Positions 25,067-32,000 of a stretch of DNA of 32,000 bases are shown piece by piece. This DNA is from Geobacter metallireducens GS-15. Its GTDB lineage: Bacteria > Desulfobacterota > Desulfuromonadia > Geobacterales > Geobacteraceae. The position numbers and the translations under genes are program-made. Under the pieces are notes generated by a model, which made no database searches, was not told the DNA's origin, and worked only from the letters and a program-made list of their open reading frames with translations. Numbering within the stretch: the stretch's first letter is position 1; every line of letters begins with the position of its first letter. The stretch covers positions 1,710,001 to 1,742,000 of the forward strand of contig NC_007517.1 in assembly GCF_000012925.1 (NCBI RefSeq), written 5' to 3'.

Positions 25067-25492
25067 ATGATTTCACCGGAACGCTTGCGGGTTTATCGCT
25101 TCTTCGCCTCACTGACGGACGAACAGCTCAAGGATATTGCCTTGATCAGCGAGGAGAAATCCTTTCCCACGGGTAGCGTTATTTTCAAGGAAAACAGTAA
25201 GGCCGACAACCTGATGCTCCTGCTGGAAGGGGGCGTGGAGCTGTTCTACAGCAATGGCGGGGCAGGATCCGCTGCAAACTCCACGGTTTGTTCCGTCGTC
25301 CCCGGGGCGATCTTCGGCGTTTCATCGTTGATAAAACCATACCACTACACTTCTTCCGCCCGGGCGACCAAGCCGGTCAGGGTCGTGGACATCAACGGGG
25401 CGAGGTTGCGGGAGATGTCGGAAAACAATCAGGCCCTGGGGCAGGTGCTGATGAACAATGTGGCCGCAGCGGTGCTCGCCCGCCTGCACTAA
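25067..25492 (+). CDS. Stand-alone cyclic-nucleotide-binding (CNB/CAP-effector) domain protein with no output domain
   Basis: 141 aa. 'FKENSKADNLMLLLEGGVELFY…GAIFGVSSLI…SARATKPVRVV' follows the beta-roll/phosphate-binding-cassette pattern. The FGE Glu is replaced by Val; the Arg is retained. Strong AAGGAGGAA ribosome-binding site. Confidence 0.7.
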   Translation: MISPERLRVYRFFASLTDEQLKDIALISEEKSFPTGSVIFKENSKADNLMLLLEGGVELFYSNGGAGSAANSTVCSVVPGAIFGVSSLIKPYHYTSSARATKPVRVVDINGARLREMSENNQALGQVLMNNVAAAVLARLH

Positions 25493-25522
25493 TGAAGGCT
25501 TTCAACAATCACTAAGGACTAA

Positions 25523-25579
25523 GGCAGTGAAATGCCGCAGATTGCTGACAAATCCAGAATCTGCGGCATTTCACCTGCC
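25523..25579. terminator. Long hairpin between convergent operons (17-bp perfect stem, extendable to 21 bp with one bulge, 14-nt loop)
   Basis: GTGAAATGCCGCAGATT (25527-25543) is the exact reverse complement of AATCTGCGGCATTTCAC (25558-25574). The right arm overlaps the stop codon of the 25571..27028 gene. There is no clear U-tract on either strand. Confidence 0.5.
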
Positions 25580-27028
25580 TGCCGCCGCACTCACACCGGC
25601 AATTCTCCCAAAGGCCAGACATTCGGCAATATTGCCCCCACCCTGATAAACCAATCCCCAGAGGGAACCGAGTTCTCCGGCTCCGTACAATCCCGGTATC
25701 GGATCGCCGAAGGGATCGACGATCTGTGCCCGTTCATTGCGCCGTGGTCCGCCTTGGGTGTTAGCCAGCGAGGGATAAATTTCCATGGCATAAAACGGCC
25801 CGGTATGGATCATGGCCAGATCACTATTTTCCTTAATCTCGCGCCCGAAGAGCGTGTCCTTTCCCGCCCGTACGGATGCATTCCACTGTTTAATGGTATC
25901 ACGCAGGGTCAAACCGGAGATTCCCAGTTGCCGGGCCAGGTCGGCTATGGTCTCAGCCTGCACGATCCAGCCGTTGTCGATCTCTGTACGATTGTCTTTG
26001 CTCCAGGAGTAGCGGCTGCCGGCAGAGCCGAGACCGATCAAGCCGGAAACCGGTTCCCGCTTGCGCTTATTTTCATCAAAAATCAGGTAAAAAGGGATAC
26101 GAGGATAGGAAAGGGCATGGCTGTCGAAGTAATCTACCGCCAATAAACCGGCCTGACGTTCCACGGCGCTTTCGTTAACAAAGCGTTTGCCGTTCCTGTC
26201 GACAAATATCTGGCCGGTGGTGCCGATGGACATCAACAGCGCTGAGTCAAACTCAGGCGCCTTGAATCCGAAGGCGCAGGAGACGCCGTTCATGTGCCAT
26301 AAAGCTGCGCCGACTTTTTGTGCCATGCGAAGCCCGTCCCCCCGGTTGCCGGGATGTCCCAGTGAGTAAAGGGGACTTCCTTTGACGCTGTTTTTGAGCA
26401 TTATCGGGTCGAATTCGTATCCGCCGCTCGTAAGGATGACGCCACGTCTTGCCTGAATCGCAATTTCATCCCCTTTAGACTGGGCAATAACTCCGGTTAC
26501 TTCACCGTTACCACCGGTAACAAGGCGCTTCGCCGGAGTTCGGGTCAGAACCGGGATATTCCTGTGGCGTTCTACGGCCTGGGAGAGCAGCTGCCATAGA
26601 TTCCGGGCAAAGGCCGTTGTTCCCCGGTTAGCGCCTTTTACGACATATCTAATGATCGCCTCGGCGCCGGCAAGTTGAGGATAGCCGGCGCCGCCATAGG
26701 TTTGAAAAGCAACTTCATTGTCTAATGTTTTAAGCCAGTCGGGAGTTTTTGCCGATTCTTCGACAAAAACCCGCAACAATCGATCATCTCTATCCGAATG
26801 GGAAGAATCAAAAAGCGCTCTGACATACGCAAGCGCTTTGATTGGGTCGTTATGGCTGATGAACCCGCCGAAAGAGACCAGGGTATTCCCTCCCCCTTGG
26901 GGGGTGCTTTCGAGAACCAGTGTGGCGGCCCCGGCATCGTGGGCGGCAATGGCCGCCGTCGCTCCGGCGCCGCCATAGCCGATGACGACCACATCAACGG
27001 TTCTGTCCCAACTGGTTGCCGGATTCAT
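25571..27028 (-). CDS. FAD-dependent oxidoreductase (FAD_binding_2: fumarate reductase/succinate dehydrogenase flavoprotein / KstD-like)
   Basis: 485 aa. The N-terminal dinucleotide fold is 'VDVVVIGYGGAGATAAIAAHDAGA'. The C-terminal 'IPGLYGAGELG…GGGNIAECLAFGRIAG' is typical of this family. Confidence 0.8.
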   Translation of the reverse strand: MNPATSWDRTVDVVVIGYGGAGATAAIAAHDAGAATLVLESTPQGGGNTLVSFGGFISHNDPIKALAYVRALFDSSHSDRDDRLLRVFVEESAKTPDWLKTLDNEVAFQTYGGAGYPQLAGAEAIIRYVVKGANRGTTAFARNLWQLLSQAVERHRNIPVLTRTPAKRLVTGGNGEVTGVIAQSKGDEIAIQARRGVILTSGGYEFDPIMLKNSVKGSPLYSLGHPGNRGDGLRMAQKVGAALWHMNGVSCAFGFKAPEFDSALLMSIGTTGQIFVDRNGKRFVNESAVERQAGLLAVDYFDSHALSYPRIPFYLIFDENKRKREPVSGLIGLGSAGSRYSWSKDNRTEIDNGWIVQAETIADLARQLGISGLTLRDTIKQWNASVRAGKDTLFGREIKENSDLAMIHTGPFYAMEIYPSLANTQGGPRRNERAQIVDPFGDPIPGLYGAGELGSLWGLVYQGGGNIAECLAFGRIAGVSAAAGR

Positions 27029-27122
27029 ACCGCTCCCGCTTGACCTCTAATCGGTAAAATGATTCGGAACAGTGTTTGCTCCATTTCCAAGTTTTGCTCC
27101 AGCCTGCCATGGCTGATCCGCT

Positions 27123-27929
27123 TTAGAACAGGCTCAGCAGCATCTTGGTTCCCATCACGATCACCAGCAAGCTAAAAACAAGCCTTAATTTATAAATTGG
27201 CAGGTTGTGTGCCAGTTTTGCGCCAAGCGGCGCAGTCACGATACTTGCGACGACAATACCGAACAGCGCAGGGAGGTAGACAAAACCGAAAGAGTGTGGG
27301 GGAAGCGGCACCTGTAGACCATTAATCACGTAGCCGACAGCTCCGGCCAGCGCGATTGGAAAACCGATTGCCGCCGATGTGCCGATAGCCCGGTGAAAGG
27401 CAACGTTACACCAGACAAGAAACGGGACCGACATGCTGCCGCCGCCGATGCCGACCAAACTGGAAACGCAGCCGATCAGCCCGCCGACGCCAAACAGAGC
27501 TGTACGGCCGGGAAGCTGGCGGTGGGGTTTGGGCTTAATATCGAGCAGCATTCGCGTGGCGATGTAATAGAGGAACAAGACGAAAAACCCTTTGAGAAAG
27601 CGGGTTGAGAGCTGGGCGGCGACCCATGAACCTGTATATGTACCGGCTATGATGCCGAAGCTGATACGTCGCACCACAGCCCAATCCACGGCTCCATGCC
27701 GGTGATGGGCACGCAGGGAGGAAATGGAGGTGAACATGATGCAGGCCAGGGATGTGCCGAGGGCCAGATGGAGGATATGTTCTTCCGGCAGATGCTGGGC
27801 GGTGAACATAAACGTGAGTATCGGCACGATGATCAAACCGCCCCCGACACCAAACAGACCGGCAGAAAGCCCGGCAAATGTCCCGATAGTGATATAGGTT
27901 AACCACATTGGCATCAGCCTTCCCATCAT
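27123..27929 (-). CDS. TauE/SafE (TSUP, DUF81) family anion permease
   Basis: Very hydrophobic, about 8 TM helices. The 'G(L/I)xGxGGG' motif is duplicated ('GLFGVGGGLIIVP' and 'LVGIGGGSMSVP'). The start is ambiguous (TTG 27932, ATG 27929/27926/27914/27908). Confidence 0.8.
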   Translation of the reverse strand: MMGRLMPMWLTYITIGTFAGLSAGLFGVGGGLIIVPILTFMFTAQHLPEEHILHLALGTSLACIMFTSISSLRAHHRHGAVDWAVVRRISFGIIAGTYTGSWVAAQLSTRFLKGFFVLFLYYIATRMLLDIKPKPHRQLPGRTALFGVGGLIGCVSSLVGIGGGSMSVPFLVWCNVAFHRAIGTSAAIGFPIALAGAVGYVINGLQVPLPPHSFGFVYLPALFGIVVASIVTAPLGAKLAHNLPIYKLRLVFSLLVIVMGTKMLLSLF

Positions 27930-27983
27930 CAACGCAAAAACAATCCGCTGCCGGATCCATTATCGCCAACTGGCCGATTCAGG

Positions 27984-29345
27984 TTAAAACCTGTGGGTAT
28001 AGGCAATACTGAAGTTGTTCTGCGAATGCACAAGCCGTGTGTTCGCATTGTCGAACGATTCCTCAAACGCATGGGAATAGGCAAAATCCACCGTGTTCGC
28101 CGCCGAAAAATCATACGAGAATCCTGCCGATGCATGCTTGGTGGGAATGGCGGGTATGACCGCAATCACCGTGTCGGAGCGCATGGCCTGGCTGGCAATC
28201 CGCCCACCGCAGCGCAACGTCCAGTGCCCTGTTCGGTATGCGACACCAAGGGAATAAATCATCTGATCCTTGTAGTTCTGAGGTAAGGAGATATGGATAT
28301 CCTCACCGTTATCGGTCACGAAATGGACCTTCAGGTCTTTCACGGCATTCTTCCAGAAAACCCGCGAGATATCCGCAACCACCAACCAATGTTCGTTGAT
28401 CTGGTGACTGACGCCAATATCCAGCTGGGCCGGCATCTGCAGGCCACCCAACTTTATCTTCCCCTTGAGCGGAATCTGTCCCGCACTCCCGTCGACTGCA
28501 GTCATGGTGGCATTGCCTTCCATGTCCGCCATCCGGCTTTCCATGGTGTACGCGGCGCCAATAATAGTGTCCTTGGACAGTTTGTAGACCCCCCCGATCC
28601 GGGCGCCGAAACCCCACGCATCTATGCCGCTTGCGATGGGTTGATTTTTCGTCATGCTGAAATGAGCGCCGCGTAAGTCGGGGAGTCCTCCCAGTACAGG
28701 GAGCAAGCTGCCGGTAACGCGCCCCCCCTGGATCAGAGCGCCAACATCTTCTGCCGGCAGCAGGAGTTCCAGGTTCAGACCTTCCCACATTGCATCGATG
28801 GCGGCTCCTATGGTCAACTTTTCGTTGATATCGTAGGTTATTGCGAAGGGGACATTCAAAACCAGCAGACGGCTGGAATTATCAAGCCCTGTGTCCAGGT
28901 TGCCGGAGGCACGGGAAAGAAAGGTATTCCTTCCATACTCCGTTCCCAGTCCACCTTGGGCGAACGCACCAAATCCAAGGGTCAGGGGGGCGGCCCGATA
29001 GACAAATCCCGCTTCGGGTGCGGCATAGGGGCCACGGTTATTGGAGTGGGAGTCAGACGAGGCATTTTCCCCTGTTGCCTTATTTTTAGCGGAAATATCG
29101 GTCACAACAACGTCCAGGCCCACGTGGATTTCAGAACCGGCGCCCATCAGCGACAGTGTTGCCGGATTAGTCATCATTCCCGCTGCGCCGACATCAAATG
29201 CCGTTGCGGCCCCCCCCATGCCGCGCGATACGGGGCCAAACCCCTCGAGCCGGAACACATCTGTTGCATAAGACACTCGCAACGTAGTCGACACTATGAT
29301 TGCGACCATTGCCAAGGTGTACGGTGTTACAATTTTATATTTCAT
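27984..29345 (-). CDS. Outer-membrane hydrophobic-compound channel, FadL/TodX/TbuX (OmpP1) family
   Basis: 453 aa. Signal peptide, then 'GFGPVSRGMGGAATAF' (the FadL-family N-terminal hatch signature). The sequence has beta-strand periodicity and a terminal Phe (…AYTHRF). Confidence 0.8.
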   Translation of the reverse strand: MKYKIVTPYTLAMVAIIVSTTLRVSYATDVFRLEGFGPVSRGMGGAATAFDVGAAGMMTNPATLSLMGAGSEIHVGLDVVVTDISAKNKATGENASSDSHSNNRGPYAAPEAGFVYRAAPLTLGFGAFAQGGLGTEYGRNTFLSRASGNLDTGLDNSSRLLVLNVPFAITYDINEKLTIGAAIDAMWEGLNLELLLPAEDVGALIQGGRVTGSLLPVLGGLPDLRGAHFSMTKNQPIASGIDAWGFGARIGGVYKLSKDTIIGAAYTMESRMADMEGNATMTAVDGSAGQIPLKGKIKLGGLQMPAQLDIGVSHQINEHWLVVADISRVFWKNAVKDLKVHFVTDNGEDIHISLPQNYKDQMIYSLGVAYRTGHWTLRCGGRIASQAMRSDTVIAVIPAIPTKHASAGFSYDFSAANTVDFAYSHAFEESFDNANTRLVHSQNNFSIAYTHRF

Positions 29346-29415
29346 TGATTCACCTTTACCGAAAGATATTTTGTTTGCCCTGCCTTGATCGCCAACGGGT
29401 ATGGCTCATTTCTCT

Positions 29416-31125
29416 TTACTTGGGTGAAAGAAGTTTTTTAAACACATTTGGAAACTGCTCCATAGTGTTAACAAACTGGATCATTTCGCCATATTCTTCC
29501 GACAGAGCAGTTTTGTTCATGGGGTCGCATTCAAGCCCCAGGGTCAGCAGGTTTATCTTCTTCTTCTTGCAGTAGGCGATGGCGTCGCGCACCCCGCACC
29601 CCCAGTTGGATGCCCCATCGGTAATATGGATGATAAATGGTTTGCGTGCGCCTGGCTTGAGGCTTATTGCCGTGGCGATGATGGCCTCGCCAGAAGCGGT
29701 TCTGCCATGGGGAGTAACGGAAAAGAATTGGCCCTGCTTGAAAATTTCCGTGATCCGGCAGGTCTCATTCCGTTCGTTGTAGGCAAAGATCCGGGCATTG
29801 GCGTTGTAATCATGGATGGCCGTAAAGAGCGTCTGATAGATGAGTTCTGCCTTTGACCATTTGGTGGGTTCCGACATGGAACCGGTGCAGTCCACAAGGA
29901 GAACTATATCGTTGTGCAATTCGTACTTCGTTTTCTTCAGGTTGAAAATAGAGCCGGTTGTGGGCGCCCGGTATAGGCGCGTGCGATCGATCCTCCCCGA
30001 ATCCAGGCCTCTGCTGAAGGAGATGTTTCGCTGGGCAGCCAACTGGAGCACTGTTTTCAGCTTGTAGAGGAGGGCGTTATCGACATTCTTCTTCGCCGGC
30101 ATGACGATGTCATTCCCTTCCACGCGAACCACATCGCCAAAATTGGCCACGAGCAGTCGTACCTGCTCGGTGAAATCCACATGCTTCGTCTCAATAGTGC
30201 TTTCGATCTCGTCCGCAAAACTCAGGAGGGTAGCCTTGACCGCGTCCATTTCCTGGTCTTCCTGAGCCACGTCTTCCGTGAAATCCGCGGAAAGCAGAAA
30301 GGGGTCCTTCCTGTCGGCCGGCCAGAATTTCACCATTTCCAGCAACTCATTGAAAATGGAGGCATAACGGTTCAACCGGTATTCACAGCGTTCAGTCACG
30401 CTCGGCAGAGCGGCGCAGTGTGTGATCAAATCTTCCACAATGGAGTTAAGAAGCGCCATGGGTTTGGTATAGGGCTGGCTTGTGGAGGCTCTTCCAGCCA
30501 TTTCCACGACGGAATGATCCTCGTAAGGTTGTTTGTAGGTTTCTTGTTCCGCATCGGCGGCGATCCGCCACCAGATGTGCAGCAGCTCGCTGAATGAGGG
30601 GGGGCTGATGAACTGTTTTGCCGCTTTCGCAATCTCCCATTCCCGGGCCTTTGCCGCATACAGGCCGAGGATGCTCCTGTTGGCAACGAGATCCGCATAA
30701 ACCTTTTCCGCAATATCCAGAAAGAGGGAAAATTTGTATGCATACATCGGAGGGAGTTCGAGTTTTGTCTGGGCCAGCTTCAGGACATGGCCGGTCCATT
30801 CCGTCTTCAGGTAGGCGCTTCTGATGGCGAGCCCTATTGCAATGTCGGCCTGAACTGCGGGGATCGGATAGCGTCCCATGATCGGTGAGGGATCAATTTC
30901 GATGCTGTCGGATCGGGTAATCGGCATTCCTTCCCAGACTACGCTGCCGCTGTTTCTGCCGACTTGAGAAACCACCTTTCTGATGCCACGCAGCAATTTC
31001 GCCAGTTCCAGTATCTCAACGGGCGATTTGTCCCTGCGCCAGTATTCGGAAAAACCGTTTTCACCGGCTATCAGGAAACGTTCCTGAGCTTTACCGTCCC
31101 GAGAGGTTTTTTCGGAATGAATCAT
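29416..31125 (-). CDS. VWA (MIDAS) domain protein with a large uncharacterised N-terminal region; partner of the upstream AAA+ ATPase (BssF-like by position)
   Basis: 569 aa. The C-terminal ~190 aa carry the MIDAS elements 'LLVDCTGSMS' (D-x-T-x-S), 'HGRTASGEAI' (Thr) and 'IHITDGASN' (Asp). The N-terminal ~380 aa show no motif I recognise. The start overlaps the ATPase stop codon (ATGA). Confidence 0.7.
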   Translation of the reverse strand: MIHSEKTSRDGKAQERFLIAGENGFSEYWRRDKSPVEILELAKLLRGIRKVVSQVGRNSGSVVWEGMPITRSDSIEIDPSPIMGRYPIPAVQADIAIGLAIRSAYLKTEWTGHVLKLAQTKLELPPMYAYKFSLFLDIAEKVYADLVANRSILGLYAAKAREWEIAKAAKQFISPPSFSELLHIWWRIAADAEQETYKQPYEDHSVVEMAGRASTSQPYTKPMALLNSIVEDLITHCAALPSVTERCEYRLNRYASIFNELLEMVKFWPADRKDPFLLSADFTEDVAQEDQEMDAVKATLLSFADEIESTIETKHVDFTEQVRLLVANFGDVVRVEGNDIVMPAKKNVDNALLYKLKTVLQLAAQRNISFSRGLDSGRIDRTRLYRAPTTGSIFNLKKTKYELHNDIVLLVDCTGSMSEPTKWSKAELIYQTLFTAIHDYNANARIFAYNERNETCRITEIFKQGQFFSVTPHGRTASGEAIIATAISLKPGARKPFIIHITDGASNWGCGVRDAIAYCKKKKINLLTLGLECDPMNKTALSEEYGEMIQFVNTMEQFPNVFKKLLSPK

Positions 31126-32000
31126 CGATATTCTCTGGTGTGCTGTTGCCAGGTGTGGTCGAACAGAACGTATTCATTGCCGACGCTCTCGGTGTACCCC
31201 TTGTTGACATGGAGACCGATGAGCACCGACTCAAGCGCCTCCTGGCTGGTCTGGAGACTCACGGCCAGGGCCTGTCGCAAGCTTGCGCCGACTGCCATCA
31301 TATCGCCGATCATGAGGGCCGTTCTGGTCGATACGTCGATCCTGAGATCGGAATGGCTTCTCAGGAAGTTAAGGGCGGAGATGATGTCGTCTGCCTGCAC
31401 AGCGGAGATGCCGGTTTTTTTTACCAACACCTCTCTTTCCACGTCGTTTGGCAGATAATCCATCAGCAAAAAGTAAAAGCGATCACGCAGGGCGGCATCG
31501 AGCAGTTCAGTCCCGACAAAGTCGTCCCCCTCATTCAAGGTGGCAAAGAACACCACCCCTTTCGCCACGTTTACCTGTCCCAGCTCTTCGAGCCAGACCT
31601 CGCGGCTGTCGGACAAGAGGGAGAAAAGCATATTCAAGGCCTTCGGGTGTTCCGGCCGGTTGATCTCTTCCAGGTGAATGACACAGTTGGGGGTCTGGAT
31701 AGCCTCGGGGAACAGAAACTGTTTATATTTCGTCTCTCCGGCTTCCAGTGCGTATTCACCAAACAGCTGGCCAGGCTCGGAAAGTATGCCGACTTGAAAC
31801 GTCGATAACGGGTTCTGGTAGATGGCGGCATACTGCCTTACCAGGGAAGACTTTCCACATCCCTGCCTACCGGAGATCAGCACGTTCACCGGTTTTTTTT
31901 GCGATAGCTGGTGGATCTTTTCAAAAATATCCGCCACGTCCTTGCTTACATAAAAATAGGGATCTTCCTGGGGTACCGATAAGTTACTCTGTTTACTGGC
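31122..32000 (-). CDS. MoxR/CbbQ/NorQ-class AAA+ ATPase (BssE-like by context); probably truncated at the right window edge
   Basis: Walker A 'SGRQGCGKSSL' and Walker B 'CVIHLEEINR'. The track starts it at GTG 31937, but that codon has no properly spaced ribosome-binding site. The frame stays open for all 21 codons up to position 32000 (ASKQSNLSVPQEDPYFYVSKD-), so the true start is likely beyond the window. Confidence 0.75.
   Translation of the reverse strand, partial: ASKQSNLSVPQEDPYFYVSKDVADIFEKIHQLSQKKPVNVLISGRQGCGKSSLVRQYAAIYQNPLSTFQVGILSEPGQLFGEYALEAGETKYKQFLFPEAIQTPNCVIHLEEINRPEHPKALNMLFSLLSDSREVWLEELGQVNVAKGVVFFATLNEGDDFVGTELLDAALRDRFYFLLMDYLPNDVEREVLVKKTGISAVQADDIISALNFLRSHSDLRIDVSTRTALMIGDMMAVGASLRQALAVSLQTSQEALESVLIGLHVNKGYTESVGNEYVLFDHTWQQHTREYR

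Noticed and set aside
27029-27122. sigma54-like TGGCA…GC strings on the minus strand upstream of the flavoprotein gene (for example TGGCAGGCTGGAGCA)
   Set aside because: The GG-to-GC spacing is off by one nucleotide relative to the strict -24/-12 geometry, so it is not called.
1-32000. Search for CRISPR arrays, tandem repeats, IS elements/transposases/integrases, tRNA or rRNA genes
   Set aside because: No regularly spaced direct repeats, terminal inverted repeats with a transposase ORF, or cloverleaf-like or rRNA-like conserved segments were recognised by eye. A covariance-model or repeat-finder scan would be needed to exclude small RNAs.

Overview
GC-rich (about 60%) bacterial chromosomal window. 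Gene content looks like a Geobacter-type (Desulfuromonadales) anaerobic aromatic-hydrocarbon degrader; this taxon call is an unverified inference. There are four blocks.
(1) 1-4547: a minus-strand run of small genes: lipoprotein hydrolase fragment, flavodoxin/4Fe-4S protein, YbaK-like deacylase, 4-oxalocrotonate-tautomerase-family protein, HExxH lipoprotein peptidase and a secreted MBL-fold hydrolase. It faces a divergent LuxR-type regulator that keeps the acyl-homoserine-lactone (AHL) binding residues, and a lux-box-like palindrome lies between them.
(2) 4667-12519: a seven-gene minus-strand operon: TetR, UbiB/ABC1 kinase, MacB/LolD-type ATPase, double-FtsX permease, small membrane protein, LolA-like periplasmic protein and an outer-membrane beta-barrel.
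(3) 12520-13391 is an unusually AT-rich 0.85-kb spacer carrying a good sigma54 -24/-12 element. It is followed at 13392-24802 by an 11-gene plus-strand operon with the complete enzyme inventory of benzylsuccinate-type beta-oxidation (BbsEF, G, H, AB, CD). The order is permuted and a dedicated EtfBA plus membrane Fe-S (ETF:quinone-type) oxidoreductase module is inserted. A 47-codon ORF and a stand-alone degenerate cNMP-binding domain protein follow.
(4) 25571-32000: a convergent, lower-GC minus-strand operon: MoxR-class AAA+ ATPase (open at the right edge), a translationally coupled VWA/MIDAS protein, a FadL/TodX-type outer-membrane channel, a TauE/TSUP permease and a FAD flavoprotein.
The most interesting candidate is the AAA+/VWA pair. 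I interpret it as a BssE/BssF-like, mechanistically uncharacterised remodeller associated with fumarate-adding glycyl-radical enzymes. No rRNA, tRNA, CRISPR array or intact mobile element was recognised. All family calls rest on motifs read by eye from the ORF translations; no database search was run.
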